A DNA stretch of 40,687 bases from Holosporaceae bacterium (GTDB lineage Bacteria > Pseudomonadota > Alphaproteobacteria > Holosporales > Holosporaceae): positions 1 through 40,687 of the forward strand of contig CAXNJQ010000001.1 of the NCBI GenBank assembly GCA_964202705.1. Direction: 5' to 3'. Below are positions 18,861-26,572 of the stretch, one piece after another; positions within the stretch are counted from its first letter, which is position 1, and every line of letters begins with the position of its first letter. Below the pieces are notes generated by a model. That model was not told the origin of the DNA. It saw only the letters and a list, made by a program, of their open reading frames with translations, and made no database searches. The translations under genes were made by a program, and so were the position numbers.

Positions 18861-19364
18861 TCACAGAGCGATGATGGCAAAAATAATATTGTGAAAAAAA
18901 CTGAAGATTTTCTTGAGGATAAAAGTGATGCAGACATAATAGCTATTGAGCGTGTAGTGTACTGGGTAAAAAGGAGAAGGATTTATGACGCGTTGAGATC
19001 AAAAAATCCGGAGGATTGGAGTATCATTGAATCATTAAATTGTGAAAAAAACTCAGCATTAAGTCTCTATGATAACGACAAAATAGACAGAAAAATAAAC
19101 CTTATTAAGGACCTGATGGTGATAAAATATTATTTTGATCCTATTCCTGAATCAAATGAAGGTGAAGAGCTGCACCAATTACAGGAGCAGATTCAGAACA
19201 ATGAATATGATCGAAATAAACCTGAGTTGATTTCGGAAATCCCACTTGATAGAGAACAATTCATCGAAGAATATTTCCTCCTTTTTAAATCATATAGAGC
19301 TGGAAAGAGCACTGCGATGGATTTACTAAATGCTATAAATAAATTTTTTCATGCGCGCGAATAA
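18789..19364 (+). CDS. ORF-B: small secreted acidic protein, no recognisable family (191 aa)
   Basis: The first 24 codons are identical to ORF-A, the middle is divergent, and the C-terminal YFLLFKSYRAGKSTAMDLLNAINKF aligns with ORF-A HFDLVRKYLNGTATMDDLMPAISEI. Confidence 0.65.
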   Translation: MKNNYMICMMAILSLYNIGINAVESQSDDGKNNIVKKTEDFLEDKSDADIIAIERVVYWVKRRRIYDALRSKNPEDWSIIESLNCEKNSALSLYDNDKIDRKINLIKDLMVIKYYFDPIPESNEGEELHQLQEQIQNNEYDRNKPELISEIPLDREQFIEEYFLLFKSYRAGKSTAMDLLNAINKFFHARE

Positions 19365-19530
19365 ATTTTTGATGCGCTCGCTTTGTATAATAATAAATAA
19401 ATAATTAACCCTATTTCGCCATCCCAATAAACGTGAACTAACATCATGGCTAGCCGTTTAAACACACTCGACATTTCAGAAAAATATCCTGAAAGAGAAA
19501 AAATAATATCGTCCATAGAGGAATTTAGAA

Positions 19531-19560
19531 TTGCCAACCAGGATACTTTTGTATTATAAT
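19531..19560 (+). promoter_or_regulatory. candidate sigma70 promoter for tRNA-Thr
   Basis: TTGCCA (19531-19536), 18-nt spacer, TATAAT (19555-19560), 10 nt before the first tRNA base. Confidence 0.45.
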
Positions 19561-19570
19561 TTTATCTGTA

Positions 19571-19643
19571 GCCGGATTAGCTCAGATGGTAGAGCGGCTG
19601 ATTTGTAATCAGTAGGTCGTTGGTTCGATTCCGACATCCGGCA
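19571..19643 (+). tRNA. tRNA-Thr (anticodon TGT)
   Basis: Hand-folded: acceptor GCCGGAT/ATCCGGC, D arm GCTC-AGATGGTA-GAGC, anticodon arm GCTGA-TTTGTAA-TCAGT, variable AGGTC, T arm GTTGG-TTCGATT-CCGAC, discriminator A. CCA is not directly encoded. Confidence 0.9.
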
Positions 19644-19824
19644 CCCCATTTTTTACAAAAAATAACTCAAAATATTTCCTATGGCTAATCACAGCGGCTG
19701 AGGGGATTTTTTTGTGGTCAGATGGTTTTTTTACCCAACGATTCACAGTGGATTTTTATATCGTTTTATTTAAATAAACTTTTTCCTGATATTCTGTGAA
19801 CCATAATTATTTTAAAAATCAGCC

Positions 19825-22065
19825 ATGCTCTCTTGGATCATTGTTTTTACTGGTTTATTTGCTCTAAGCTCCACCGTTCAGTCCGCACAAAGAGTTCCGT
19901 TGCCAAAAAACATCAAACTTAAACCCAAACCCAACATCAAACTTAAACCCAAACCCAAGATCAAACACAAACTTAAACCCAAGGACATGGGGCAAGGCAT
20001 CAGCCATACGGTGGATCGGTGGTTTTATTTTTGGTCCAAGTATGCGCCCCCTCATTCTGAAAAACATCTTGTTTCACGTTCTAAAAAACCCAGAAAAATT
20101 GTTTTGGATTACCCACAAGGATACGTCATTGTGGATAAGGCATGTCAGGCCTCTCTGTACGAGTCTATACCGGCCAATACATGGGTTGATCACAACACTG
20201 GAATGATTATTAATGATTATCACGAAATAAGCAGAATTGAAATGGTTGAAGGCCAAATTTCATGGTATAATAAAAATAAAGCCAATGAAAAAATAGATAT
20301 TGGATATTTGACTATACTGGACACGGCAGAAAAAAGGGGTGATTTGGATGTTCAGATTGTGGATGATGTGATGACTTTGTCTGCTTTTATGAAAAAAGAA
20401 AAGGCGGGTAAAGCCACCAACAAGCCCACAGAATTGAGGGTGAATGGGTGGAGTTTTAAATTAAACGAGACCAAAGAGGGCACTTACGGTGTGGGCGTCA
20501 AGGGTAAAAAGTCCATAACATTATACCGACAGCACCGTTATCGGCCTGGGATTGTTCGGTCATCAAATAAAGATTTGGTCTGCTCGGCCATTGAACAAAA
20601 AGATGATTCCTTGCAGGTCTATACCTTTGATGGCGTGATCACAGGTAAACAGATGGCGCAAAAGGTTTTGGTGCGTGAACTGTCCAATGCCCTTGGCCGT
20701 GCAATCCAGTTGAATGATATTACTTGGGTCAATGCTGCTGATTTGGACAATAAGGCAATGTTTGTTCCATCTGCTACAGGGATACCGAAACCATTGTTTA
20801 AACGAAACCATCAGCCTATTGTCCACAGGGCTGATGGGAATAGGGTGTACAGCGAAATCCCTTTTGAGAGGGGTCAGCTGAAAAATATCCCCTTGGGTTG
20901 TTTACACTTTGGAATATCGAAAAAAGAAAACCGAAGGGGCGTGTCAGACCGAACAGGAGCCTATTATGTTTACGTCGATTATGTGGTGTCCAAAGAGCAA
21001 TCGGAAAAAATGGATCGGGATTTGCTGAGGAGGATTTTGGAAAAAATGAGCTTTTATCGATTCGAAAAGGTCAACGGGCTGTCCTATGATGAAAAAAAAC
21101 GGATCTCTAAACCCGTAAGCCAAGATGGAGAGAGCGGTTTTGGCGACACCCATGTCAGCCTTTTTCCCAGTTCAGAGTGCGGATACGATCATAATCGCTG
21201 CAGCAACCTGGGTAGAGTGGTCAGTCCTCCTGTTCAAAATCAGGGCATTCATTTTACCTTGCCAACCGATGAGTATGGGCATCTATTGGAAAATGGGGGA
21301 TTTTATGCCTATAGCCGCGTTCAATCCGGAATGGATTGGAAAGAAGAATTACGGCGTATGGCTGAAAATATTGAAAATGCGGATTGTGATCATAATAAAA
21401 ATGCGAGGAGTGCAAAAGAAATTCGATTTAATGAATGGAATATAATTTTCTATACTGGGGAAAATGGGGTGTACGGGTTTGCCGACAATGGCGGACGCAC
21501 CATCAGTTTCTGTCAAGTGAAAAACCAAGGTATGCCTGTGAATATAATCGATATTTTTTACAAGGCATGGAAAATTTTTAACAAGAATAAAAATGTGCAC
21601 CTGTTTTTCAAATTAAAAAACAATGAAACGGAACCAGAGATGGTCGATATTTTGAATAACACATTGTTTGAACTGACTGGTCAACACCTGAATCATATAA
21701 AATTGCAATCAGAATATGTCCAGGATGTTCCATTTAAAATGGCCACGGTTGTATTGAAAACGCAAAATAAAATCACAGGTATTTTAAAATATGGAATATC
21801 AGATCAATCGAGACGACCAGGCAGTCCGCCCATGATGATCATTGTCGGCAATGGTTCTGGATTGGAAAAAAAGAAAAAAACCTCCTCTCCTATAGAGGCA
21901 TCCATGGTTGGTTTGCTGGAAAAAGATTTAGGTATGGATTTTTCCTGTCTTGCCAAAGGATTTGGTGTCGAGAGCCCCATGGATTCCATGGCATTTTCTC
22001 CTGATGTGGGGAATCCAGAAGGGATTTGGAAATCGTATACCCAGCTTGCTCTGTCTGGATTATAA
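19825..22065 (+). CDS. ORF-C: large secreted lysine-rich protein, no recognisable family (746 aa)
   Basis: A 746-codon stop-free frame in AT-rich DNA. Leader MLSWIIVFTGLFALSSTVQSA, then the NIKLKPKP repeat linker. Two internal related modules at aa 203-236 and 532-565. No obvious SD. Confidence 0.8.
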   Translation: MLSWIIVFTGLFALSSTVQSAQRVPLPKNIKLKPKPNIKLKPKPKIKHKLKPKDMGQGISHTVDRWFYFWSKYAPPHSEKHLVSRSKKPRKIVLDYPQGYVIVDKACQASLYESIPANTWVDHNTGMIINDYHEISRIEMVEGQISWYNKNKANEKIDIGYLTILDTAEKRGDLDVQIVDDVMTLSAFMKKEKAGKATNKPTELRVNGWSFKLNETKEGTYGVGVKGKKSITLYRQHRYRPGIVRSSNKDLVCSAIEQKDDSLQVYTFDGVITGKQMAQKVLVRELSNALGRAIQLNDITWVNAADLDNKAMFVPSATGIPKPLFKRNHQPIVHRADGNRVYSEIPFERGQLKNIPLGCLHFGISKKENRRGVSDRTGAYYVYVDYVVSKEQSEKMDRDLLRRILEKMSFYRFEKVNGLSYDEKKRISKPVSQDGESGFGDTHVSLFPSSECGYDHNRCSNLGRVVSPPVQNQGIHFTLPTDEYGHLLENGGFYAYSRVQSGMDWKEELRRMAENIENADCDHNKNARSAKEIRFNEWNIIFYTGENGVYGFADNGGRTISFCQVKNQGMPVNIIDIFYKAWKIFNKNKNVHLFFKLKNNETEPEMVDILNNTLFELTGQHLNHIKLQSEYVQDVPFKMATVVLKTQNKITGILKYGISDQSRRPGSPPMMIIVGNGSGLEKKKKTSSPIEASMVGLLEKDLGMDFSCLAKGFGVESPMDSMAFSPDVGNPEGIWKSYTQLALSGL
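19909..19983 (+). repeat. 24-bp coding tandem repeat (AACATCAAACTTAAACCCAAACCC x2 plus a degenerate third unit)
   Basis: Units at 19909-19932 and 19933-19956 are identical. 19957-19983 is a diverged unit. Together they encode NIKLKPKP NIKLKPKP KIKHKLKPK. Confidence 0.9.
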
Positions 22066-22143
22066 TTTTTTTAGATATTTTTTTTGCAAAAGATTTAAAA
22101 AATATTATAATAAAGAAAATAGGCTGCAGTTCAGGAGTTTTTA

Positions 22144-23214
22144 ATGTTTGATCAGGGCAAGTATAGATGGGCGGTTTTATTTTTTGCGACAACTGTTTTT
22201 TCAAACGCACCAGTTTTGGGTGAAAGGTCAGGCCAAGGGGGTCAAAAAGATAAAATAAAGCCGAACAATTTTAAAACAAAGGATTTTGTATGGGACGTCA
22301 CAGACCCAAGTGAAGAATTTTTACAGAAAACCATGGAAAAAGCCATTAAAAAGCTGAACCCAAAAAACAGAAAAACAGTACCGTTCAATTGGTTAGAGTG
22401 TCCCATCAAAAAAGGATGTCTCGCCAGTATGGGGAGGAGCGTCATTTATCTGGATGGTAAAAAAGCTGTGGAAATTCCTGTAAAAAGGGGGGAGTCTTAT
22501 GAAAAAATAGCCGAGAAAATATACTCTGTTTGTGGAGTAAAGGCTGAAAAAACAGTGTTGGGCATGCTGAATAAAAATGTACAATCTGATACGGCCATAC
22601 CTGGACTGATCAAGAAAATATTCGAAAAAAATAATCTGAAAAAGGGTCAAGAAGAAAATACAAAAAAAGAGGCGGCAAATATTAAGAAGGGGGCAAAGAG
22701 TAAGGAAGAGGTTAAGAAAAAAGGTGCTGCGCCCCAGGCAAAACAAAAGTTTGCACCAAAGGTTACGTTTTCAAAAGTTGAAAACAACACCCTAAGCATC
22801 GATGGAAAAGATATTCAGTGTTTTACCTGCACAAAAAAAACCGTTCGTGGAGCCATTAAAAAACGATTGGTTAGAAAAAATAATGAATCTGTGTTTGGTT
22901 TTATGTTTAAAAACAAAAAAGACAAATGGGTCTATTATATGGAATTGTTTGGTGGCAAAAAAGGTGGCCTGATCACAGAGCCCGGTTGGAAAACCAAGTA
23001 TGGGAAATTGATCAAAAAGCATGATGCAGATTCTTCTTTAAAAGAGAAAACCACGTGGCAGACCAAAGGGAATGAGGATGATAGAGGTTCCAAGAACAAT
23101 GAGAATCGTACGGATTTGTCAGATCATTTTATTCAAAATCCAATGGAAAAAGATCAAAACCAGACCTCAGATTTTTTCAAAACGGCAAAATTTAACGATA
23201 TGACGACAGATTAA
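22144..23214 (+). CDS. ORF-D: secreted lysine-rich protein, distant paralogue of ORF-C (356 aa); possible LysM-like segment
   Basis: GGAG lies 6 nt upstream of the ATG. Leader ...WAVLFFATTVFSNAPVLG. Shares the RK.V...K.C.AS patch and the ESVFGFMFKNKK module with ORF-C. aa 111-146, IPVKRGESYEKIAEKIY...LGMLNKN, loosely fits a LysM pattern (weak). Confidence 0.75.
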   Translation: MFDQGKYRWAVLFFATTVFSNAPVLGERSGQGGQKDKIKPNNFKTKDFVWDVTDPSEEFLQKTMEKAIKKLNPKNRKTVPFNWLECPIKKGCLASMGRSVIYLDGKKAVEIPVKRGESYEKIAEKIYSVCGVKAEKTVLGMLNKNVQSDTAIPGLIKKIFEKNNLKKGQEENTKKEAANIKKGAKSKEEVKKKGAAPQAKQKFAPKVTFSKVENNTLSIDGKDIQCFTCTKKTVRGAIKKRLVRKNNESVFGFMFKNKKDKWVYYMELFGGKKGGLITEPGWKTKYGKLIKKHDADSSLKEKTTWQTKGNEDDRGSKNNENRTDLSDHFIQNPMEKDQNQTSDFFKTAKFNDMTTD

Positions 23215-23233
23215 TTGGCACCCTTTTTTCCTT

Positions 23234-23249
23234 GCCCCTTTTTTGGGGC
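23234..23249. terminator. weak bidirectional hairpin between convergent ORF-D and trmL
   Basis: GCCCC-TTTTTT-GGGGC followed by TTT. Only a 5-bp stem. Confidence 0.3.
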
Positions 23250-23281
23250 TTTCCTGAAAAATGGTTGCAGAAAGGGGGATA

Positions 23282-23899
23282 TTAAACACATGGGTTTTGG
23301 GTTTTAAACAAACCCTCTGCCCATACAAGGGCACCCGCAATGGCGAGATTCATGGATCGAGCTGACGGCTGCATGGGAATGTGAATGCTGTGGTCGCATT
23401 CAGAAATGATCCTTCGGGGCAGTCCGCAACTTTCTGACCCCATGATCAGGTGATCACCTGGATGAAAAACAAAATCTCTGTAGGACACCCCTTCGCGCGG
23501 CACAACGGCAATGGTTCGGTGTGGTGCCTTTGCCCAGTGGTTTTGATAATCCCACCAGGAATCGTGAATATTGGGTTTACAATATTGGGCATAATCCATG
23601 CTGGCCCGTTTTAAATGTTTATCCGACCACACAAATCCCAAGGGGCCAATCAAAACCAAAGGCGCATTCCAACAGGCCGCCAGACGCATTAATGTGCCGG
23701 TATTGCCGGGAATTTCTGGTTGATACAATACACAAGCCACGCCATCCTGTCTATGCAGTGGCCGTGCATCCTGTTGGCAGACCACTTGCCGAGAACCAGC
23801 TGACTGTACTGAACCCTGCAGATCCAGATGATCAAGGGGCTGTTCTAAACAAGAGGGCGTCACCAGATTTTCAGACGTTACCGTATCAGATTTTGTCAT
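23282..23899 (-). CDS. trmL: SpoU/TrmL-type tRNA 2'-O-methyltransferase
   Basis: LYQPEIPGNTGTLMRLAACWNAPLVLIGPLGFVWSDKHLKRASMDY and the C-terminal knot region IMGSESCGLP...IHIPM..SARSMNLA are as in TrmL. There is an N-terminal extension of about 50 aa, so the start is uncertain. Confidence 0.8.
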   Translation of the reverse strand: MTKSDTVTSENLVTPSCLEQPLDHLDLQGSVQSAGSRQVVCQQDARPLHRQDGVACVLYQPEIPGNTGTLMRLAACWNAPLVLIGPLGFVWSDKHLKRASMDYAQYCKPNIHDSWWDYQNHWAKAPHRTIAVVPREGVSYRDFVFHPGDHLIMGSESCGLPRRIISECDHSIHIPMQPSARSMNLAIAGALVWAEGLFKTQNPCV

Positions 23900-23903
23900 G
23901 ATT

Positions 23904-26489
23904 TTATGGTGTCAACGGCACAAGATCATCCAACGATCCGCGTAAAATCCAGCCGTCTTTTTGGGCACATTGTACAACAGCAATCATCAATTCATGCAAT
24001 TCTTTGCTGGAAAATGGTCCACTAATGGGTTGAAAAATGCAACGGATGGTGATGGAGCGGGTGTGCTTTGGTTCCGGCTTATCTGTCTGTGCACAGCCAT
24101 CCTGGGCTTCCTGTTTCTCATCATCAAACATATCTGTAATCAGAATATGATCCAGTTCTGGTATGTCCAAAGAACGCAACCTATCCAGCGTATGACCGAC
24201 CAAATGCTTGTCTGAAATGTAAAAAGACAGATCTTTACCCACAGGCTGCAAGGTTTTCACCCCATAGGCTGGACTCTTTTCAGGCCTTTGCCATGCATTT
24301 AAATACAGCTCTGCCCCGAAAAATGGCATGTTTAAACGGGGATGCAGTTGCCCAATGGTGGCCAGTACCATGTCTTTACCATCTTTTTGATGCACCAACT
24401 GACCGGATCGACCAGGATGATACCAGGGCTGACTGGCACGAATCCACGATGTGTGCGTAATGCCAAGAGCCGTAATGCACCGATCAACCATGGCCTTGAT
24501 GTCGTAAAATGACCATTCTTTTGACCCATTTGGATCATTGGGCAACCAGGATTCCGATTTTTTAATGGGCCATAATGCGGCCAAATGTTCGTCTTGTGAT
24601 TCGGGGGATAGGCCTAAAAATCGAGGACCAATTTCAAAAATGGGTTGAAAGGCCAATCCATATTTTTGGTGATGTTGGGCAACAGAAACCAACGAGGGCA
24701 AGATGCTGGGACGCAAAACACCCAATTCTTTGGATAAGGGATTGCACAAATGCAACTGATGCCATGATTCCTCTGTTCCAACAAAAAAGGGTTGGGCCAT
24801 GGATGCCGAAACAAAGGACCAGGTTACGGCCTCGTACAGGCCCATGGCCATCCAAAATGATCGCATTGATCGCGCCAGATCATAATCCACAGGGGCCAAT
24901 CCCTTGCTGATATGCTGCAGAGTAGGTTCATTGGCTGGTTCTCTGCCAAAAGGCGTAACGGGGACCTCTGCATAACCTTGCCCACGCAATGTTTCCGTAA
25001 CGCAATCCCACGAATCTTGCCAATCCCAACGCCATGATGGTGGGGTAACCATCCATGGGGATTCTTTTGGTTGTAACTCTGGCGCCATGCTGGGGTTGAC
25101 CTGATTTTCTGTTGATTTTTCGTCCCAATGCCTAGGCCTAACCTGGGGTTCTGGATTGATCTGGACGTGAGCACCCCAACTTTCCAATCGTGTGCGGATG
25201 GTTTTTTCCGATAATGTGACCCCACATCGTTCAGATACAGCCTTTGGATTAAAAGGTATGAATCGTGCACCAGGCAACTGGCCGCAACGCGACACCCCAT
25301 CCATCACAGCACGTGTGTTTTGGCCCAGCCATTGGGCCGATTGGGCAAGGACAGGGATGGACAGAGCCGGGTCCACACCACGCTCGAATCGAGCCCGAGA
25401 GGCACTGTTCATGCGCGTTAATCGACCTGTACGTGCAATGCCAGCAGGATCAAAGCACGCTGATTCTAATAAAATACGCCGTGTGGTGGCCTGACACCGT
25501 CCCCGCATGCCCCCCATGATGCCCGCCAAAGATAAGATGCCCTCTGCATCAGAAATCACCGTACACCCACTGGGTAATGTATGGGTTTCACCATCTAGGG
25601 CACAAAATATTTCGCCCTCCGTGCTGTTTCGGACCTGAATCGTGCCAGAAATGGCGTCGGCATCAAAAACATGCATGGGTTGGCCCGTATCCTCTGCCAT
25701 ATAATTGGTCAGATCCACACAAGAGCTGTGCAATTTTGTGGATAATTCCACCAAACGGCGTTTCATCCAAGGGGGCGTTTCTTTTTGATCCACCTGATCC
25801 ATTTGACACAGTTGAAAAAACCGGCATCCCGTTGCCGTTAATTGCACAAAATCAGGATCCAGCAAGGTCATGGAACACGATGCAGGATAGGACAAAAACT
25901 GATCCGTCACCGTTGTTTTTTTGTGCCCTAAACCCAAAGCCACCAATTCCCGAGCCACCCCGCGATGGCTGAATAAATCCCCACGATTGGGTGTGACATT
26001 CAATTGTAACAACCCATCATCCAGGGGTAAAAAATCGCGCAATGGTTTTCCAACAGGGGTATCCTCTGGCAATTCAATCAAACCATCCGTATCGTTCCAA
26101 ATGTCGTGCATGGATAATTCACGGGCCGAACACAACATGCCATGGCTGGGGACACCACGCAGAACACAGGTGGCCAGTGGGGCTGAATTGCCCGGCAACA
26201 GACATCCTGGTAACGCCACAATGGTTTTTAAGTTGGCTCTGACATTGCGTGCCCCACACACAATAGATGCCGTGGTGCCGTTGCCCAAATCCACCGTACA
26301 CACCTGTAAATGTTCTGCATTGGGATGAGGGGATACGGACAAAACACGGCCCACTTGAAACCCAGCAGACCAAGCGTATACGGGTATCATCTCTGCTTCT
26401 GTTCCAGAGTGCGTTAAGGCCGATATCACCTCATCGATGCTGTGGGTCACAGAAAGGTGATCGTTTAGCCAGCTCCATAAAATTTTCAT
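23904..26489 (-). CDS. pheT: phenylalanine--tRNA ligase beta subunit
   Basis: MKILWSWLNDHL... N-terminus, tRNA-binding OB domain (GRVLSVSPHPNAEHLQVCTVDLG), B3/4 and B5 regions, and a C-terminal anticodon-binding-like domain. pheS is not adjacent. Confidence 0.95.
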   Translation of the reverse strand: MKILWSWLNDHLSVTHSIDEVISALTHSGTEAEMIPVYAWSAGFQVGRVLSVSPHPNAEHLQVCTVDLGNGTTASIVCGARNVRANLKTIVALPGCLLPGNSAPLATCVLRGVPSHGMLCSARELSMHDIWNDTDGLIELPEDTPVGKPLRDFLPLDDGLLQLNVTPNRGDLFSHRGVARELVALGLGHKKTTVTDQFLSYPASCSMTLLDPDFVQLTATGCRFFQLCQMDQVDQKETPPWMKRRLVELSTKLHSSCVDLTNYMAEDTGQPMHVFDADAISGTIQVRNSTEGEIFCALDGETHTLPSGCTVISDAEGILSLAGIMGGMRGRCQATTRRILLESACFDPAGIARTGRLTRMNSASRARFERGVDPALSIPVLAQSAQWLGQNTRAVMDGVSRCGQLPGARFIPFNPKAVSERCGVTLSEKTIRTRLESWGAHVQINPEPQVRPRHWDEKSTENQVNPSMAPELQPKESPWMVTPPSWRWDWQDSWDCVTETLRGQGYAEVPVTPFGREPANEPTLQHISKGLAPVDYDLARSMRSFWMAMGLYEAVTWSFVSASMAQPFFVGTEESWHQLHLCNPLSKELGVLRPSILPSLVSVAQHHQKYGLAFQPIFEIGPRFLGLSPESQDEHLAALWPIKKSESWLPNDPNGSKEWSFYDIKAMVDRCITALGITHTSWIRASQPWYHPGRSGQLVHQKDGKDMVLATIGQLHPRLNMPFFGAELYLNAWQRPEKSPAYGVKTLQPVGKDLSFYISDKHLVGHTLDRLRSLDIPELDHILITDMFDDEKQEAQDGCAQTDKPEPKHTRSITIRCIFQPISGPFSSKELHELMIAVVQCAQKDGWILRGSLDDLVPLTP

Positions 26490-26572
26490 GATGATTCAGA
26501 AATGCATACCTTCTTGTCATTATAAAATGTAACGCATGAAAAGTCATGCCTGTTACCCCAACAAAGTCTGGC

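Noticed and set aside
19349-19559. A 62-aa minus-strand ORF (19349-19537) and a hand-read 37-aa plus-strand ORF (19446-19559) between ORF-B and tRNA-Thr.
   Set aside because: Both are short, lack convincing ribosome-binding sites and overlap each other. The region also contains the likely tRNA-Thr promoter. There is no support beyond being open frames.
19909-19983. Short direct repeats considered as a CRISPR array. The 28-bp repeat at 28915-28978 was considered as well.
   Set aside because: The units are directly tandem with no spacers. One is in-frame coding sequence and the other has only two copies. No cas genes are present in the window.
23217-23229. Possible att-like direct repeat of the tRNA-Thr 3' end. 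GGCACCC followed by TTTTTT lies just after ORF-D, and GGCACCC-CA-TTTTTT lies at 19640-19654. Together they would bracket ORF-C/ORF-D as a 3.6-kb tRNA-integrated island.
   Set aside because: Only 7 matching nt plus a T-run, and no integrase gene. This is too short to distinguish from chance without comparative data. It is kept as a note for whoever checks the island boundaries.
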